A DNA stretch of 64,000 nt from Escherichia coli 042 (lineage in GTDB: Bacteria > Pseudomonadota > Gammaproteobacteria > Enterobacterales > Enterobacteriaceae). The stretch is taken from assembly GCF_000027125.1 (NCBI RefSeq), contig NC_017626.1. The stretch is one strand, 5' to 3'. Below, in pieces: positions 51,142-63,044 of the stretch. Position 1 is the stretch's first letter, and each line of letters starts with the position of its first letter. Made by a program: the position numbers and the translations under genes. The notes under the pieces were generated by a model. It did no database searches. It saw nothing but the letters and a program-made list of their open reading frames with translations, and had not been told where the DNA came from.

Positions 51142-52769
51142 CTGTTCGACCTCTCCCCGTCCCAGGGTATCTGGACAAAAAATTGTGTGAAAATCCCGGG
51201 TTCCGATTCCACGGCGATGCTGCCGCCGAGATTTTCTACCTGTTGTTTGACAAGTGCTAAACCGACGCCTCGCTCGCTTCCTTTTGTCGAGACACCTTTG
51301 TCAAAAATGTGATCGATTTTGTCGGGTGCGATCCCCGGTCCATCATCGTTAACTTCACAGTGCAGCCAGCCGTGACGGTAGTGCAATGTTACGCTAATTT
51401 CGCCACCGGGTTCCGGCCCTAATGCTTCCAGCGCGTTTTCTATCAGATTTCCCAACGTGGTAATCAGCGTCGCGACCTGGTCTTCACTGCCGCTGTCTGG
51501 CAGCTGGCTTTCACTGTTTAAAATCAGCGTATGGCCTAAATCGGTCGCGCGGTTAATCTTGCTGATTAAAAAACCAGCGATAACCGGAGATTTGATCTTA
51601 CCCAGCAGAGAGCCAATCTCTTCCTGATAGTTATTGGCTGTTTTGAGAATGTAATCTTCCAACTGCTTATAACTCTTCAGATGCAATAATCCGAGAATCA
51701 CATGCAATTTATTCATAAATTCGTGGGACCGTTCACGAAGTGCGTCAGCATAGTTGACCAGACCGTCGAGTCGTTGCATCAGTTTACGTACTTCAGTTTT
51801 GTCCCTGAAGGTTGAAATGGCACCGATGATAACGCCATTACTGCGCACCGGAACGGTGTTGATCAGTAATAGCCGGTCTTTAATCGTAATCTCTTCGTCG
51901 CGGCGCGGGGTACCGTCGCGTAACACTTCCGAGACATCTACCACCTGTGACCACGAGTGGCTTAGCGTCGACAGTTTCTCATCGTCCTGCGACTTACGGT
52001 AATTCAGCAATTCTTGTGCGGCATCGTTGATCAGCGTGACCTCGCCGCGATCGTCCACGGCAACGACGCCTTCTTTGATAGACTGCAACATGGCCTGGCG
52101 TTGCTCAAACAGCGTGGAGATTTCGTAGGGTTCCAGGCCGAAAAGGATTTTTTTCAGTACTTTAACCAGAATGCAGGTGCCAATCAGTCCGACCAGCATG
52201 CCAAATAATACTGACCAGATAATGCTCCAGCGACTGTCATTGATCTGTTGGGTCACGCGGCTTAACTCAAGGCCGATCGCCACCACGCCAATTTGTTTAT
52301 GATTTTCATCGTAGATGGGGGTAAATACGCGTAAAGCCTGCGCCAGAAAACCGCGATTGATAGCGACATTTTCTTCGCCATTCAGCGCTTTAAGGATGTC
52401 ATCACCTTTAAATGGCTGACCAATACGCTGGGCTTCAGGATGCGAGTAGCGAAGACTTTGCATATCGGTAACGACAATAAACAGCAGATCGTTGCGTTTG
52501 CGTACGGCTTCCGCGATGGCCTGGATGCCGCTCTCCTGCGGTTTTTTCTGCAAGCCCTGACGGATTTCCGGCGAGTCGGCGAGAGTACGCGCCACTGCCA
52601 GTGCCTTGTTGGCTAGCCCGTCTCGCGTCATATCACTGATTTGCGAGAAGTAAATCAGATGCACCACCAATAGCACCGAGAACAGTACCGCGCTGACCAT
52701 TAAGATCACAGTGGTACTCAATTTCATCGGACGTTTGCGTAACATGCGGTAGGGCAATGAATGTCTCAT
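51138..52769 (-). CDS. dcuS: DcuS, C4-dicarboxylate sensor histidine kinase
   Basis: 543 aa with two TM segments, periplasmic sensor and PAS domains, and kinase core. Confidence 0.95.
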   Translation of the reverse strand: MRHSLPYRMLRKRPMKLSTTVILMVSAVLFSVLLVVHLIYFSQISDMTRDGLANKALAVARTLADSPEIRQGLQKKPQESGIQAIAEAVRKRNDLLFIVVTDMQSLRYSHPEAQRIGQPFKGDDILKALNGEENVAINRGFLAQALRVFTPIYDENHKQIGVVAIGLELSRVTQQINDSRWSIIWSVLFGMLVGLIGTCILVKVLKKILFGLEPYEISTLFEQRQAMLQSIKEGVVAVDDRGEVTLINDAAQELLNYRKSQDDEKLSTLSHSWSQVVDVSEVLRDGTPRRDEEITIKDRLLLINTVPVRSNGVIIGAISTFRDKTEVRKLMQRLDGLVNYADALRERSHEFMNKLHVILGLLHLKSYKQLEDYILKTANNYQEEIGSLLGKIKSPVIAGFLISKINRATDLGHTLILNSESQLPDSGSEDQVATLITTLGNLIENALEALGPEPGGEISVTLHYRHGWLHCEVNDDGPGIAPDKIDHIFDKGVSTKGSERGVGLALVKQQVENLGGSIAVESEPGIFTQFFVQIPWDGERSNR

Positions 52770-52949
52770 CAGCTTCCTTGTGTGACAAATTTCTTAAGCA
52801 TTATCTCTGATGAGGCGGGTAATTCAAAGGGAGTAAGAATGATTGGCTATATAGGGGAAGAGACTCTGGCAACGGAAACTGCCAGTGCTGTATGAAGATT
52901 CCAGGGCTATGCTTATAGTGAAAACCATACTGATGAGAGAGGGAAGGTC

Positions 52950-53180
52950 ATGGATCAGGCGCTACTGGACGGGGGTTATCGCTGTTATACCGGCGAAAAG
53001 ATCGATGTCTATTTCAATACTGCGATATGTCAGCATTCTGGCAATTGCGTACGTGGCAACGGCAAGTTATTTAATCTCAAACGAAAGCCGTGGATCATGC
53101 CGGATGAAGTCGACGTTGCCACTGTGGTTAAAGTGATTGATACGTGCCCGAGCGGCGCGCTGAAATACCGTCATAAATAA
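52950..53180 (+). CDS. yjdI: YjdI, small cysteine-rich protein
   Basis: 76 aa with Cys pairs (CYTGEK...CQHSGNC...CPSG); GAGGG RBS. Confidence 0.8.
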   Translation: MDQALLDGGYRCYTGEKIDVYFNTAICQHSGNCVRGNGKLFNLKRKPWIMPDEVDVATVVKVIDTCPSGALKYRHK

Positions 53181-53191
53181 GCGAGGGTAAA

Positions 53192-53464
53192 ATGGAAATA
53201 CGCGAAGGCCACAATAAATTTTACATTAATGACGAACAGGGCAAGCAAATCGCTGAAATTGTCTTTGTGCCGACCGGAGAGAATTTAGCGATTATCGAAC
53301 ATACCGATGTCGATGAAAGCCTGAAAGGGCAAGGGATTGGTAAACAGCTGGTTGCGAAAGTCGTGGAAAAAATGCGTCGGGAAAAACGAAAAATTATCCC
53401 ACTATGCCCATTTGCGAAACACGAATTTGATAAAACGCGTGAGTATGATGATATTCGAAGTTGA
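53192..53464 (+). CDS. yjdJ: YjdJ, small GNAT-like acetyltransferase
   Basis: 90 aa; Q/R-x-x-G-x-G/A-like motif (GQGIGKQL); 11 bp after yjdI. Confidence 0.8.
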   Translation: MEIREGHNKFYINDEQGKQIAEIVFVPTGENLAIIEHTDVDESLKGQGIGKQLVAKVVEKMRREKRKIIPLCPFAKHEFDKTREYDDIRS

Positions 53465-53692
53465 TGGGAGAGTACAGAGTCACGATATTTTTCTTGCTCT
53501 CCGCGGTGTGATGCAGGAGAGTATCTGAAGGGTAGGGGGATGCACAAAGAATGGTCAGAGAGAGCGTTTTTTTGTCCCAAGTCATCCCCTTTACTGAGCA
53601 AAAAAAAAAGAATATCTCCTATATGAAAATCATCGATCGGGGTTAATAAGTTTTGCGTCCCCAGAGCGTTCAATATTGATAGGAGTCATATT

Positions 53693-53989
53693 ATGGAAGG
53701 TAAAAACAAGTTCAATACTTATGTTGTTTCTTTTGATTATCCATCATCTTATTCCTCAGTGTTCTTAAGGTTAAGATCATTGATGTATGATATGAATTTC
53801 TCCTCTATCGTGGCTGATGAATATGGGATACCACGACAATTGAATGAAAACTCCTTCGCAATAACGACATCGTTAGCCGCAAGTGAAATCGAAGATTTAA
53901 TCAGGCTTAAATGCTTAGACTTACCGGATATTGACTTTGACCTCAACATTATGACAGTTGATGATTATTTCCGTCAGTTTTACAAGTAG
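53693..53989 (+). CDS. ghoS: GhoS (YjdK), type V antitoxin endoribonuclease
   Basis: 98 aa ORF directly upstream of the 57-codon ghoT ORF; recognised as YjdK. Confidence 0.8.
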   Translation: MEGKNKFNTYVVSFDYPSSYSSVFLRLRSLMYDMNFSSIVADEYGIPRQLNENSFAITTSLAASEIEDLIRLKCLDLPDIDFDLNIMTVDDYFRQFYK

Positions 53990-54016
53990 CCAGGAAGGAT
54001 AAGAAGAACATAAAAA

Positions 54017-54190
54017 ATGGCACTATTCTCTAAAATATTAATTTTTTATGTGATTGGTGTGAACATATCCTTTGTCATTATCTGGTTTATCTCACATGAG
54101 AAAACACATATTCGTTTACTTAGTGCATTCCTGGTCGGAATAACCTGGCCAATGAGTCTGCCTGTGGCATTACTTTTTTCTCTCTTTTAG
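54017..54190 (+). CDS. ghoT: GhoT (YjdO), small membrane-lytic toxin
   Basis: 57 aa hydrophobic ORF MALFSKILIFYVIGVNISFVIIWFISHEKTHIRLLSAFLVGITWPMSLPVALLFSLF; below the ORF-track size cutoff; 27 bp after ghoS. Confidence 0.8.
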   Translation: MALFSKILIFYVIGVNISFVIIWFISHEKTHIRLLSAFLVGITWPMSLPVALLFSLF

Positions 54191-54308
54191 GAGCTGTAGT
54201 TGAGTGGACCCGCTGGTTATCTTGAAACGAAGCGTCTCTCCTCATAACTGGATTTGCGGAACGACGAACGAAGCAGTCGCCTGACTGCTTCGTTCATTTA
54301 AGTGAAAT

Positions 54309-55826
54309 TTATTTCTGTGGGCGCATCGCCGGGAAGAGAATAACGTCGCGAATAGTATGGCTGTTAGTAAACAGCATAATCATTCGGTCGATACCAATAC
54401 CCAGACCAGCGGTTGGCGGCAGACCATATTCCAGCGCAGTCACGTAATCTTCGTCATAGAACATGGCTTCGTCGTCACCTGCAGCTTTAGCGTTAACCTG
54501 TTCCTGGAAACGTTCAGCCTGATCTTCTGCGTCGTTTAATTCGCTAAAACCATTACCGATTTCACGACCACCGATGAAGAATTCAAATCGGTCGGTGATT
54601 TCCGGGTTAACATCATTACGGCGCGCCAGCGGAGACACTTCTGCCGGATATTCCGTAATAAAGGTTGGCTGAATCAGATGTGCTTCTGCCACTTCATCAA
54701 AGATCTCCGTAACAATACGTCCCAGACCCCAGCTTTTCTCTACCGTAATTCCGATAGATTCAGCTAATGCTTTAGCAGCATCAAAATTATCCAGGTCGGC
54801 CATATCGGTTTCTGGACGATATTTTTTGATTGCTTCGCGCATGGTGAGTTTTTCAAACGGTTTGCCGAAATCAAACACATGCTCGCCATAAGTGACTTTA
54901 GTGGTACCAAGAACCTCTTGTGCCAGGGTGCGGAACAGGGACTCCGTCAGTTCAATCAAATCGTGGTAATCCGCATACGCCATGTAGAGTTCCATCATTG
55001 TGAACTCAGGATTATGGCGAACAGAAATACCTTCATTACGGAAGTTACGGTTGATTTCGAATACCCGTTCAAAACCGCCTACAACCAGACGTTTCAGATA
55101 CAGCTCTGGCGCGATACGCAGGTACATATCTAAATCCAGAGCGTTATGATGGGTAATAAACGGGCGAGCAGATGCCCCACCTGGAATTACCTGCATCATC
55201 GGGGTTTCTACTTCCATAAAGCCGCGCGCGACCATGAACTGACGGATAGCGGCCAGAATTTTTGAACGGACAACAAACGTTTGACGGGATTTATCGTTAG
55301 CGATGAGGTCCAGATAACGTTGACGATAACGGACTTCCTGATCCTGCAGACCATGGAATTTATCTGGTAAAGGACGTAGTGCTTTAGTCAGCAGGCGCAG
55401 CTCAGTACAGTGAATGGAAAGCTCACCCGTTTGCGTCTTAAACAGCGTACCGCGGGCACCGATAATGTCACCCAGATCCCATTTTTTAAACTGATCGTTA
55501 TAAACACCTTCTGGCAGGCTATCTCTTGCAACGTACAGTTGAATACGGCCACCGACATCCTGCAACGTTACAAAGGAGGCTTTCCCCATGATACGACGGG
55601 TCATCATTCGGCCAGCAACCGAGACTTCAATGTTTAAGGATTCCAGTTCCTGGTTATCCTTCGCATCAAACTCTTCGTGCAACTGGTCAGAGGTATGGTC
55701 GCGGCGAAAATCATTGGGAAACGCCACACCTTGCTGACGTAGTGCCGCCAGTTTTTCGCGGCGATTTCTCAGTTCATCGTTAAAATCAATAGCCTCATTG
55801 GCTCCCCGTGTTTCTCGTTCAGACAT
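54309..55826 (-). CDS. lysU: LysU, inducible lysyl-tRNA synthetase
   Basis: Start chosen at [11 protein letters not shown] (505 aa); class II aaRS motifs; adjacent to dtpC and cadA, which distinguishes it from lysS. Confidence 0.9.
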   Translation of the reverse strand: MSERETRGANEAIDFNDELRNRREKLAALRQQGVAFPNDFRRDHTSDQLHEEFDAKDNQELESLNIEVSVAGRMMTRRIMGKASFVTLQDVGGRIQLYVARDSLPEGVYNDQFKKWDLGDIIGARGTLFKTQTGELSIHCTELRLLTKALRPLPDKFHGLQDQEVRYRQRYLDLIANDKSRQTFVVRSKILAAIRQFMVARGFMEVETPMMQVIPGGASARPFITHHNALDLDMYLRIAPELYLKRLVVGGFERVFEINRNFRNEGISVRHNPEFTMMELYMAYADYHDLIELTESLFRTLAQEVLGTTKVTYGEHVFDFGKPFEKLTMREAIKKYRPETDMADLDNFDAAKALAESIGITVEKSWGLGRIVTEIFDEVAEAHLIQPTFITEYPAEVSPLARRNDVNPEITDRFEFFIGGREIGNGFSELNDAEDQAERFQEQVNAKAAGDDEAMFYDEDYVTALEYGLPPTAGLGIGIDRMIMLFTNSHTIRDVILFPAMRPQK

Positions 55827-56062
55827 TTTGGTTCCTCTAAATCCAGCTTTCAATTTAGCGTAGATAAAGAGACAGATCGGTACACTGTATTATCTGCCTC
55901 GACTATTAATAACTCAGTTTATCTTATCGAAACTAACGCTTACCTCAAGTTGATATCACTAATAAATAACCATAAAAATGGTTTAAATGACTTATTAATC
56001 TCGATTTGCTAGTGTGATAAACTGAAAGTTAATTTATTCATAACCAATTGTTTTTACGACAG

Positions 56063-57520
56063 TTAATCGTTGCTCTCCTGTATCATATTCGTCGGCGTGC
56101 TAAACAGAAAACGGGTAGCAAAGGCCAATACCACGATGATCGCGACACAAGCCAACGTCCACTCTCCCATCTGAGAAAAGAATCGCTGGTAAGCGGCAAT
56201 TGCCATACCGCTAATTTGCGACTCTGTCGTCTGCTGTGCCACGACGCCTGCCAGCCAGTTGGCGACCGCGCCTGTTGCCAGCATATAAATACCGGTTAAT
56301 ACGCCAGACATTTTCAGACGCGTGATTTGCGCAATCGCCACCGGGTCAATAAAGAGTTCAGCAAAGCCCATTAGCGCCAGCCCGGATACCATCACGCCCA
56401 TTGACGCTTGACCGCCAGCCGCTGCATGTCGGGCATCAAATGCCAGCAACATAAAGCCACAAGCCATCAGCAGTAAGCCAAAGGCAAACTTCAGCCAGAC
56501 GCGCAATGCTGAATTGCCGCGGCTTTCTGGCGACGCCAGCCAGGCCAGAACAACCCCAGCGAGCATCACCGCAATGGCATTCACCGACTGGAATAGTGCT
56601 GTAGGTACTTCAATATTGAATGCCTGACGATTCACAAAGCGATCGATAAACAAGCTGATGGTACTGCCGCCCTGTTGTGCCAGTACCCAGAACAACGTCC
56701 CGACAAACATCAACAATACAATTTGCCAAAGAGCACGGCGGTGTTCGGGGAATTTGATCATCATGCGGGCAATGATTTGTGCTGCAATGAGGCAAACGAT
56801 CGCCAGCAAATATCCGGACCAGTCGTTCTCCAGCAGCAGGGTAAAAAATACTGGGGCTAAACAGAGCATCACCACTAACCAGCTCCATACTGGTAAGGCA
56901 AATTTGACGCTAGTGAGCGCTTTCTTATCCATACTACGCGTGGACTGGAAATGACGATGACCGCTTAAGAAAATCAACAAACCGATAAACATGCCGCCAC
57001 CCGCAAGGGCAAAGCCAACATGCCATCCATACCACTGAGCAGCCAGGCCGCAGGCGATGGGGGCGGCGATAGAACCGATATTGCCTGCAGCATACAGCAG
57101 CGAAAAACCGCCATCACGTCGATGATCGTTCTCGTCGTAGAGCTCGCCAAGCAAACAGCTGATGTTTGATTTGAATAAACCGTAGCCACAAATAATGATT
57201 GCCAGCGCCAGATACAGGCTAAAGGTTGAATTTGTATCAATGCCCAGCACTACATGGCCAAGGGTCATTAACAGCGCGCCGGCAATCACTGCAGTGCGGT
57301 TGCCGAGCAGGCGGTCGGCAAGCCAGCCGCCGAGAATAGGGGTAACGTAAACCAGAGAAGCATATGCGCTGAACAGGCTGATGGCATGGTTATCATCAAA
57401 ACCAAGCTGATGGGTGAGATAGAGAATGAGTAAGGCACGCATGCCGTAAAAACTGAAGTACTCCCAGATTTGGATCGCCACGATATAGTATATCGCGCGC
57501 GGCTGTGAGGGTGTTTTCAT
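56063..57520 (-). CDS. dtpC: DtpC (YjdL), POT-family di/tripeptide permease
   Basis: 485 aa POT/PTR2 transporter. Confidence 0.9.
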   Translation of the reverse strand: MKTPSQPRAIYYIVAIQIWEYFSFYGMRALLILYLTHQLGFDDNHAISLFSAYASLVYVTPILGGWLADRLLGNRTAVIAGALLMTLGHVVLGIDTNSTFSLYLALAIIICGYGLFKSNISCLLGELYDENDHRRDGGFSLLYAAGNIGSIAAPIACGLAAQWYGWHVGFALAGGGMFIGLLIFLSGHRHFQSTRSMDKKALTSVKFALPVWSWLVVMLCLAPVFFTLLLENDWSGYLLAIVCLIAAQIIARMMIKFPEHRRALWQIVLLMFVGTLFWVLAQQGGSTISLFIDRFVNRQAFNIEVPTALFQSVNAIAVMLAGVVLAWLASPESRGNSALRVWLKFAFGLLLMACGFMLLAFDARHAAAGGQASMGVMVSGLALMGFAELFIDPVAIAQITRLKMSGVLTGIYMLATGAVANWLAGVVAQQTTESQISGMAIAAYQRFFSQMGEWTLACVAIIVVLAFATRFLFSTPTNMIQESND

Positions 57521-57578
57521 GTGTTCTCCTTATGAGCAAAAAAGGGAAGTGGCAAGCCACTTCCCTTGTACGAGCTAA

Positions 57579-59726
57579 TTATTTTTTGCTTTCTTCTTTC
57601 AATACCTTAACGGTATAGCGGCCATCAGCCTGACGGTATGCACCGTGAATATCGGTTTCAAAGCCCGGATAGTGAGCGCCGATTTCACACAGCATCTGCA
57701 GGAACTCCAGAACCGGACGGCTTTCTTCGGTGATCATTTCACCCGGCATTACCAGAGGAACTCCCGGCGGATACGGAAGGATCATATTGGCGTTAATACG
57801 ACCGACCATTTCGTCGAGGTAAACTTCTTCGGTCATACCGTGCAGCTCTTTCTGGAACGCAGCATACGGAGTCATTACCATTGTCGGCAGCACTTCAAAT
57901 GCGCGATACATCAGATCCGGCAGATTGTGGTGAACAATCAGTTTGTGGATATTCTGAGCCAGTTCCTGAATACGCATGTTTTCATAGAATTCAGGATCTT
58001 CACGATACAGAGACGGCAGCATGTTTTTCACACGCAGGTTCAGATCGAACGCACGTTTGAAGTCAGTCAGAGCACGCAGCAGGCTCAGTGCTTTGGTCTT
58101 ATCGATACCGATGCTGAACAGGAACAGCAGGTTATACGGACCGGTTTTCTCAACAACGATGCCATGTTCGTCGAGGTATTTCGCCACGATGCTGGCCGGA
58201 ATACCGAAGTCGCTCATGGTGCCGTCTTTTTCCATCCCCGGAGTCAGCAGGGTGACTTTGATCGGGTCAAGATACATGTGCTCGTTATCGATGTTTTTGA
58301 AGCCGTGCCAGGTGCTGTCAGAACGCAGCGGCCAGCATTCAGTCGTATCGATATGATCCGGCTGCCATACATCAAAGAACCAGCCATCAGATTCCGTTCT
58401 CAGGCGTTTGATCTCTTTACGGAATTTGATCGCACGTTCAATGGAACCGTTGATCAGACGCTTACCAGCATTACCTTTCATCATCGCCGCAGCGGTTTCA
58501 GTGGACGCCACGATACCGTAGTGCGGAGAAGTGGTGGTGTGCATCATGTAGGCTTCGTTAAAGGTTTCTTCGTTTACGTCACCTTTAACGTGGATCATGG
58601 AAGCCTGAGAGAATGCCGCCAGCAGTTTGTGAGTGGACTGGGTTTCGTAAATCACTTTCCCTTCTACACGGCCACCGCTCATACCGCATTTACCTTCGTA
58701 AATCGGTGAGAAGTTGGTGTAAGGCACCCACGCGGAGTCAAAGTGGATGGATTTGACATCCAGTGTTTTCTTGATGAAGTCGGTGTTGTACAGCAGACCA
58801 TCATAGGTAGAGTTAGTAATTACAGCATGTACCGGCCAGGTTGCGTTTGGTGTTTCTTTCACGCGCTTAGCAATGGTAGCGTGCTGGAATTCACTCTGTG
58901 GGATACCACCAAGAATACCGTAAGCGTTACGGGTCGGGCGGAAATAGATTGGCGTAACATCGCTCATCATCATCAGGTGGGTCAGCGATTTGTGGCAGTT
59001 ACGGTCAATCAGAATGGTGCTGCCTGCCGGAGCTGAGTACATACCAACAATTTTGTTCGCAGTGGAAGTACCGTTGGTCACCATGTAGCTGCGGTCTGCG
59101 TTAAAGACGCGAGCAATATACTGTTCTGCTTCTTTGTGTGGACCACTGTGATCCAGCAGAGAACCCAGTTCAGATACTGAAATGGAAATATCAGATTTCA
59201 TGGTGTTCGGACCAAAGAAATCATAGAACAGGCTACCTACCGGGCTTTTCTGGAATGCAGTACCGCCCATGTGACCAGGAGTACAGAAAGTATATTTACC
59301 TTCACGAACATATTTAAACAATGCTTTGGTCAGCGGAGGCAGAATAGTGTTGATATATTCGTCAGTGGTCTGCTTGATCTTGTTAGCAATATCTTCAGCA
59401 GCACCCAGCGCATATTCAAAGAAGCTAATCTGTAAACGCAGGTCATTCAGGCTTACATCGAGAGTGGAATACGTATTAGCGAACGCGTACAACGGCAGGT
59501 TCTCGTTCATTTTGCTAATTTCTTCGCACAGCTCGAGATTATATTTATCCCAGTCAAAAATAACGCCGCACAGACGCGCATTGTTTTCGATCAGTTTTAA
59601 TAAGTCGTCACGGTCGTTCGGGTAAACAATCTGGAAGTTCAGACGTTCAAGCGCGCGATGAAGTTCACGGATGGGTTCTTCTTTAAAATAAACCCCCATG
59701 TGATTCAATATTGCAATAACGTTCAT
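57579..59726 (-). CDS. cadA: CadA, inducible lysine decarboxylase
   Basis: Start chosen at MNVIAILNHMGVYFKEEPIRELH (715 aa); PLP lysine motif STHKLL. Confidence 0.95.
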   Translation of the reverse strand: MNVIAILNHMGVYFKEEPIRELHRALERLNFQIVYPNDRDDLLKLIENNARLCGVIFDWDKYNLELCEEISKMNENLPLYAFANTYSTLDVSLNDLRLQISFFEYALGAAEDIANKIKQTTDEYINTILPPLTKALFKYVREGKYTFCTPGHMGGTAFQKSPVGSLFYDFFGPNTMKSDISISVSELGSLLDHSGPHKEAEQYIARVFNADRSYMVTNGTSTANKIVGMYSAPAGSTILIDRNCHKSLTHLMMMSDVTPIYFRPTRNAYGILGGIPQSEFQHATIAKRVKETPNATWPVHAVITNSTYDGLLYNTDFIKKTLDVKSIHFDSAWVPYTNFSPIYEGKCGMSGGRVEGKVIYETQSTHKLLAAFSQASMIHVKGDVNEETFNEAYMMHTTTSPHYGIVASTETAAAMMKGNAGKRLINGSIERAIKFRKEIKRLRTESDGWFFDVWQPDHIDTTECWPLRSDSTWHGFKNIDNEHMYLDPIKVTLLTPGMEKDGTMSDFGIPASIVAKYLDEHGIVVEKTGPYNLLFLFSIGIDKTKALSLLRALTDFKRAFDLNLRVKNMLPSLYREDPEFYENMRIQELAQNIHKLIVHHNLPDLMYRAFEVLPTMVMTPYAAFQKELHGMTEEVYLDEMVGRINANMILPYPPGVPLVMPGEMITEESRPVLEFLQMLCEIGAHYPGFETDIHGAYRQADGRYTVKVLKEESKK

Positions 59727-59805
59727 AGTCATATCTCCAGGTAAAAAAGGCCCCTCCCAACACATGGGACAAAATGAAAGGAGGAGCCTCGGAAAATACT
59801 TTTAA

Positions 59806-61140
59806 TTAATGTGCGTTAGACGCGGTGTGGTTATCCATTGAGTGGCTCTGGCGCTCGTGCATTTTGCGAGCGTAGAACATCAGAATAATCAGGCTGACGA
59901 TGAAGGTACCTGCCAGCTCGAAGGAGCTTGCGCCCATCAGCGCGATGAAGCAGAACACGCAACCCAGTACAGAGCAGATCAGGCTGACAAAGTTGCGGAT
60001 GTTAACGCCTTCAAAACGAATCAGGTCAACGCAAGAGTAGAAGTACGGCAGCATAGTCAGCAGTACTGCGATACCGGTCAGTTCACCGAACAGGTCAGAT
60101 GCTTTACCACCGGCAGAGTTCATCAGAGTGATGAGGATCATCAGGGCAGTCATTTTCACTGCAGCCAGCAGCAGACCTTTTTTCGGAATACCGTTGCTGT
60201 CGACTTCACCATAAACTTTCGGGAAGTTACCGTCGTTAGCGGCACGTACACCTGCCTGGCCTACCAACATCATCCAGGAGCCCAGAGAAGTCAGGCACGC
60301 AAAGGCGGTGAATGCAGAAACCAGCGGCGCAGCCCAGTTACCGAGGATAGTTGAAGCACTGATTGCAAACGGAGCACCGGAAGCTGCCATTACAGAAGAC
60401 GGATACATACCGGAAAGCACCTGAGTCGCAGCGATATAAACAATACCTGCTAAACCAGTACCCAGCATGGTTGCCAGCGGAACGGTACGTTTCGGGTTTT
60501 TAACCATACCAGTACTTACTGCTGCGGATTCAACACCCACGAAGGCCCACAGGCAGAGCAGAATACTTTTAATGATCGCATGACCATCAGTGGTATCCGC
60601 AGTATTCCAGTTAGCTGCATAAGTTGCAGCATCAAACCAATGCCAGCCAACAATAGCAGTCATCACCACAGGAATAAGAACCAGCACCAGACCAATAGTG
60701 GTTAAACGGCTTACCCAGGTACCGCCGAGCATATTTACAAAGGTAAATACCCAGACGATAGCAATACAGGCGATACCCGCCGGAACAGGATCATTTAATA
60801 CTGGGAAGAAGGTGGAAAGATAAGATACAGCGGTAATACCAATCGCCAGGTTACCAATCCAGTTAGCATGGTAATAAAGAACACCTGTCTGAAAACCAAA
60901 TGCAGGGGAAATTTCTCCGGCATAAGCAATTGGGCCACCTTGTTGCGGGTTTTTTGTTGCCAGTCGGGCATATACATACGCCAGCGACATTGCACCAATA
61001 ATAGAGATAATCCAACCCCAGATAGCAATACCACCGATACTTGCTAGGTTCGCAGGTAATAATGCAATACCGCTCCCCATCATATTACCGGCAACCACAC
61101 CGGTACAGGCAAATAGCCCGATCTTCTTGGCAGAACTCAT
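59806..61140 (-). CDS. cadB: CadB, lysine:cadaverine antiporter
   Basis: 444 aa APC-family transporter upstream of cadA. Confidence 0.95.
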   Translation of the reverse strand: MSSAKKIGLFACTGVVAGNMMGSGIALLPANLASIGGIAIWGWIISIIGAMSLAYVYARLATKNPQQGGPIAYAGEISPAFGFQTGVLYYHANWIGNLAIGITAVSYLSTFFPVLNDPVPAGIACIAIVWVFTFVNMLGGTWVSRLTTIGLVLVLIPVVMTAIVGWHWFDAATYAANWNTADTTDGHAIIKSILLCLWAFVGVESAAVSTGMVKNPKRTVPLATMLGTGLAGIVYIAATQVLSGMYPSSVMAASGAPFAISASTILGNWAAPLVSAFTAFACLTSLGSWMMLVGQAGVRAANDGNFPKVYGEVDSNGIPKKGLLLAAVKMTALMILITLMNSAGGKASDLFGELTGIAVLLTMLPYFYSCVDLIRFEGVNIRNFVSLICSVLGCVFCFIALMGASSFELAGTFIVSLIILMFYARKMHERQSHSMDNHTASNAH

Positions 61141-61505
61141 GCTCTTCTCCTAATTTCATTTTTGAATTTGGAGTCCGGGTCATGATGTATAACTATTTCC
61201 TGACCAGACCAAACTGGCGCTAAGAATACTCACGAAAAAAGGATTAATCCTAAAGATTAGGTGAAATAACACAAAAGTTTCTGTAAGTGAGAACTTGAGG
61301 TTTTTTATTAACACATCAGGATCGCAAGTTGATATCATGAAAAGATAAACATTCAATGTTTACAATGGATTGCGGGACATTTTCTGGTTAAATTTATGTA
61401 ATAAAAATTATGCGGCAAATAAATTGCCGCAACATATTATACCAACAGAAACATACAAAAACTCAACAATAAATATTGCCGAGCATAAATCAACCCGGGA
61501 GTTAC
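61141..61505 (-). promoter_or_regulatory. AT-rich cadBA promoter/operator region (CadC and H-NS target)
   Basis: 365-bp AT-rich intergenic region between cadC stop and cadB start; individual sites not resolved. Confidence 0.55.
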
Positions 61506-63044
61506 TTATTCTGAAGCGAGAAATTTGTCGAGATAAGGTACAACATAAGGAACAGAAGTCTGGAATATACCATTTTCAATCCAGTAAAGGGTGTTTGCCC
61601 CTGGGCGTAAATTAAAGGCGGTGAGATATGCATCAGCTGCTTCCCGGTTCATCCCCTTCATTTCATAAACCTTGCCAAGCAACACATAATTTAGCCAGGA
61701 CATTTCAAGATCAATGCCAGTATTTATCGCCTGGTAAGACTCATCTGTTTTACCTTTTACCAGAGCACTGACCGCTTTTATTTGATATATAATGGACAGG
61801 TTATTCAATTCCGGTAGTGTAACAATGTTATCTATTTCTGTGTTCAGTGCTGCTAATTGTTTTTCATCTAAAGGATGTTGAGAATGGCGCACGATATCAA
61901 CTAATGCTTTTTCTGCTCTCGCGTAGGTAAATTCTGGGGATGATTGAACAATCTCACCTAATAATTCACTGGCACGGTTCAATGATTTATCATCGCCATG
62001 CAGTAAATAATCATGTGCCTGATAAAAATTAGTTAATAACGCACCACGATGAGGCAAAATTTGCTGGAGCATCTCCTGCATTCGTTGTGGCCACGGTTGG
62101 TTTAACGCTTTTGATAAACTCTGGAGTAAATCATTTTGAATCGCCAGCTGATTACCGTTAGTGATGACATAACGTTTATCCAGCATGGTTGAACCATCTG
62201 CATTGTCTACCAATTTTACCGACATAAAGCATTGTTGAGCACGGTATTGGCGCTGATTAACAAACGCAATAGATAATGTTTTACCGGAACTGCTCGGTTC
62301 ATCAATGTTGTAGTTGATTTTGTCATGCACCATAAAGGTGGAGAAGGTGTTAAGTGATGTCGCCACCAAATCACCCACGCCTATCGCGTAAGAGAGCTGA
62401 TACGGGGAACTCCAGCTGTTACAACTTTTATTTACCATATTAATGTCAATATCGCGTGGATTGAGCAAAATACGCGATTTGCTCATCGGAAGACGTGTAT
62501 CAAGACTTGAAAACGCTACCAGTGCTACACAGATACCTAACGACAACAGGAAAAAAAACCATACCCAAAAGGTAGTGAATCGTTTGCTTTTAACTGGGGA
62601 TTGTTCAGGTGGCGTTGCGGTGTTTTGAATGTTAAGACTGTGGGAGGGAGAATCTGTGTCAGGAACCGCCTCTGGTATAGGGGGAGGCGAAGATAGCATT
62701 ATTTCCTCTCCCTCTTCTTCGCTGTACCAGATAACCGGCACCATTAATTTATAGCCGCGCTTTGGTACAGTAGCGATATAGACAGGACTATCTTCATCAT
62801 TATCTTTTAATGACTTACGTAGTTCTGAGATACTCTGCGTCACAACGTGATTGGTGACAATACTTCTCTTCCAGACATTATCGATAAGTTCATCCCTGCT
62901 AAGTACTTCGCCACTGTGTTGAGCAAAGAAAACCAGAAGATCGATTAATCTCGGCTCAAGGGTAAGTTGACGCCCATTGCGGCTAATTTGGTTTATGGAC
63001 GGAGTAACAAGCCATTCGCCAACGCGAACTACAGGTTGTTGCAT
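61506..63044 (-). CDS. cadC: CadC, membrane-integrated ToxR-like activator of cadBA
   Basis: 512 aa; N-terminal winged-helix DNA-binding domain, single TM segment, periplasmic sensor domain. Confidence 0.95.
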   Translation of the reverse strand: MQQPVVRVGEWLVTPSINQISRNGRQLTLEPRLIDLLVFFAQHSGEVLSRDELIDNVWKRSIVTNHVVTQSISELRKSLKDNDEDSPVYIATVPKRGYKLMVPVIWYSEEEGEEIMLSSPPPIPEAVPDTDSPSHSLNIQNTATPPEQSPVKSKRFTTFWVWFFFLLSLGICVALVAFSSLDTRLPMSKSRILLNPRDIDINMVNKSCNSWSSPYQLSYAIGVGDLVATSLNTFSTFMVHDKINYNIDEPSSSGKTLSIAFVNQRQYRAQQCFMSVKLVDNADGSTMLDKRYVITNGNQLAIQNDLLQSLSKALNQPWPQRMQEMLQQILPHRGALLTNFYQAHDYLLHGDDKSLNRASELLGEIVQSSPEFTYARAEKALVDIVRHSQHPLDEKQLAALNTEIDNIVTLPELNNLSIIYQIKAVSALVKGKTDESYQAINTGIDLEMSWLNYVLLGKVYEMKGMNREAADAYLTAFNLRPGANTLYWIENGIFQTSVPYVVPYLDKFLASE

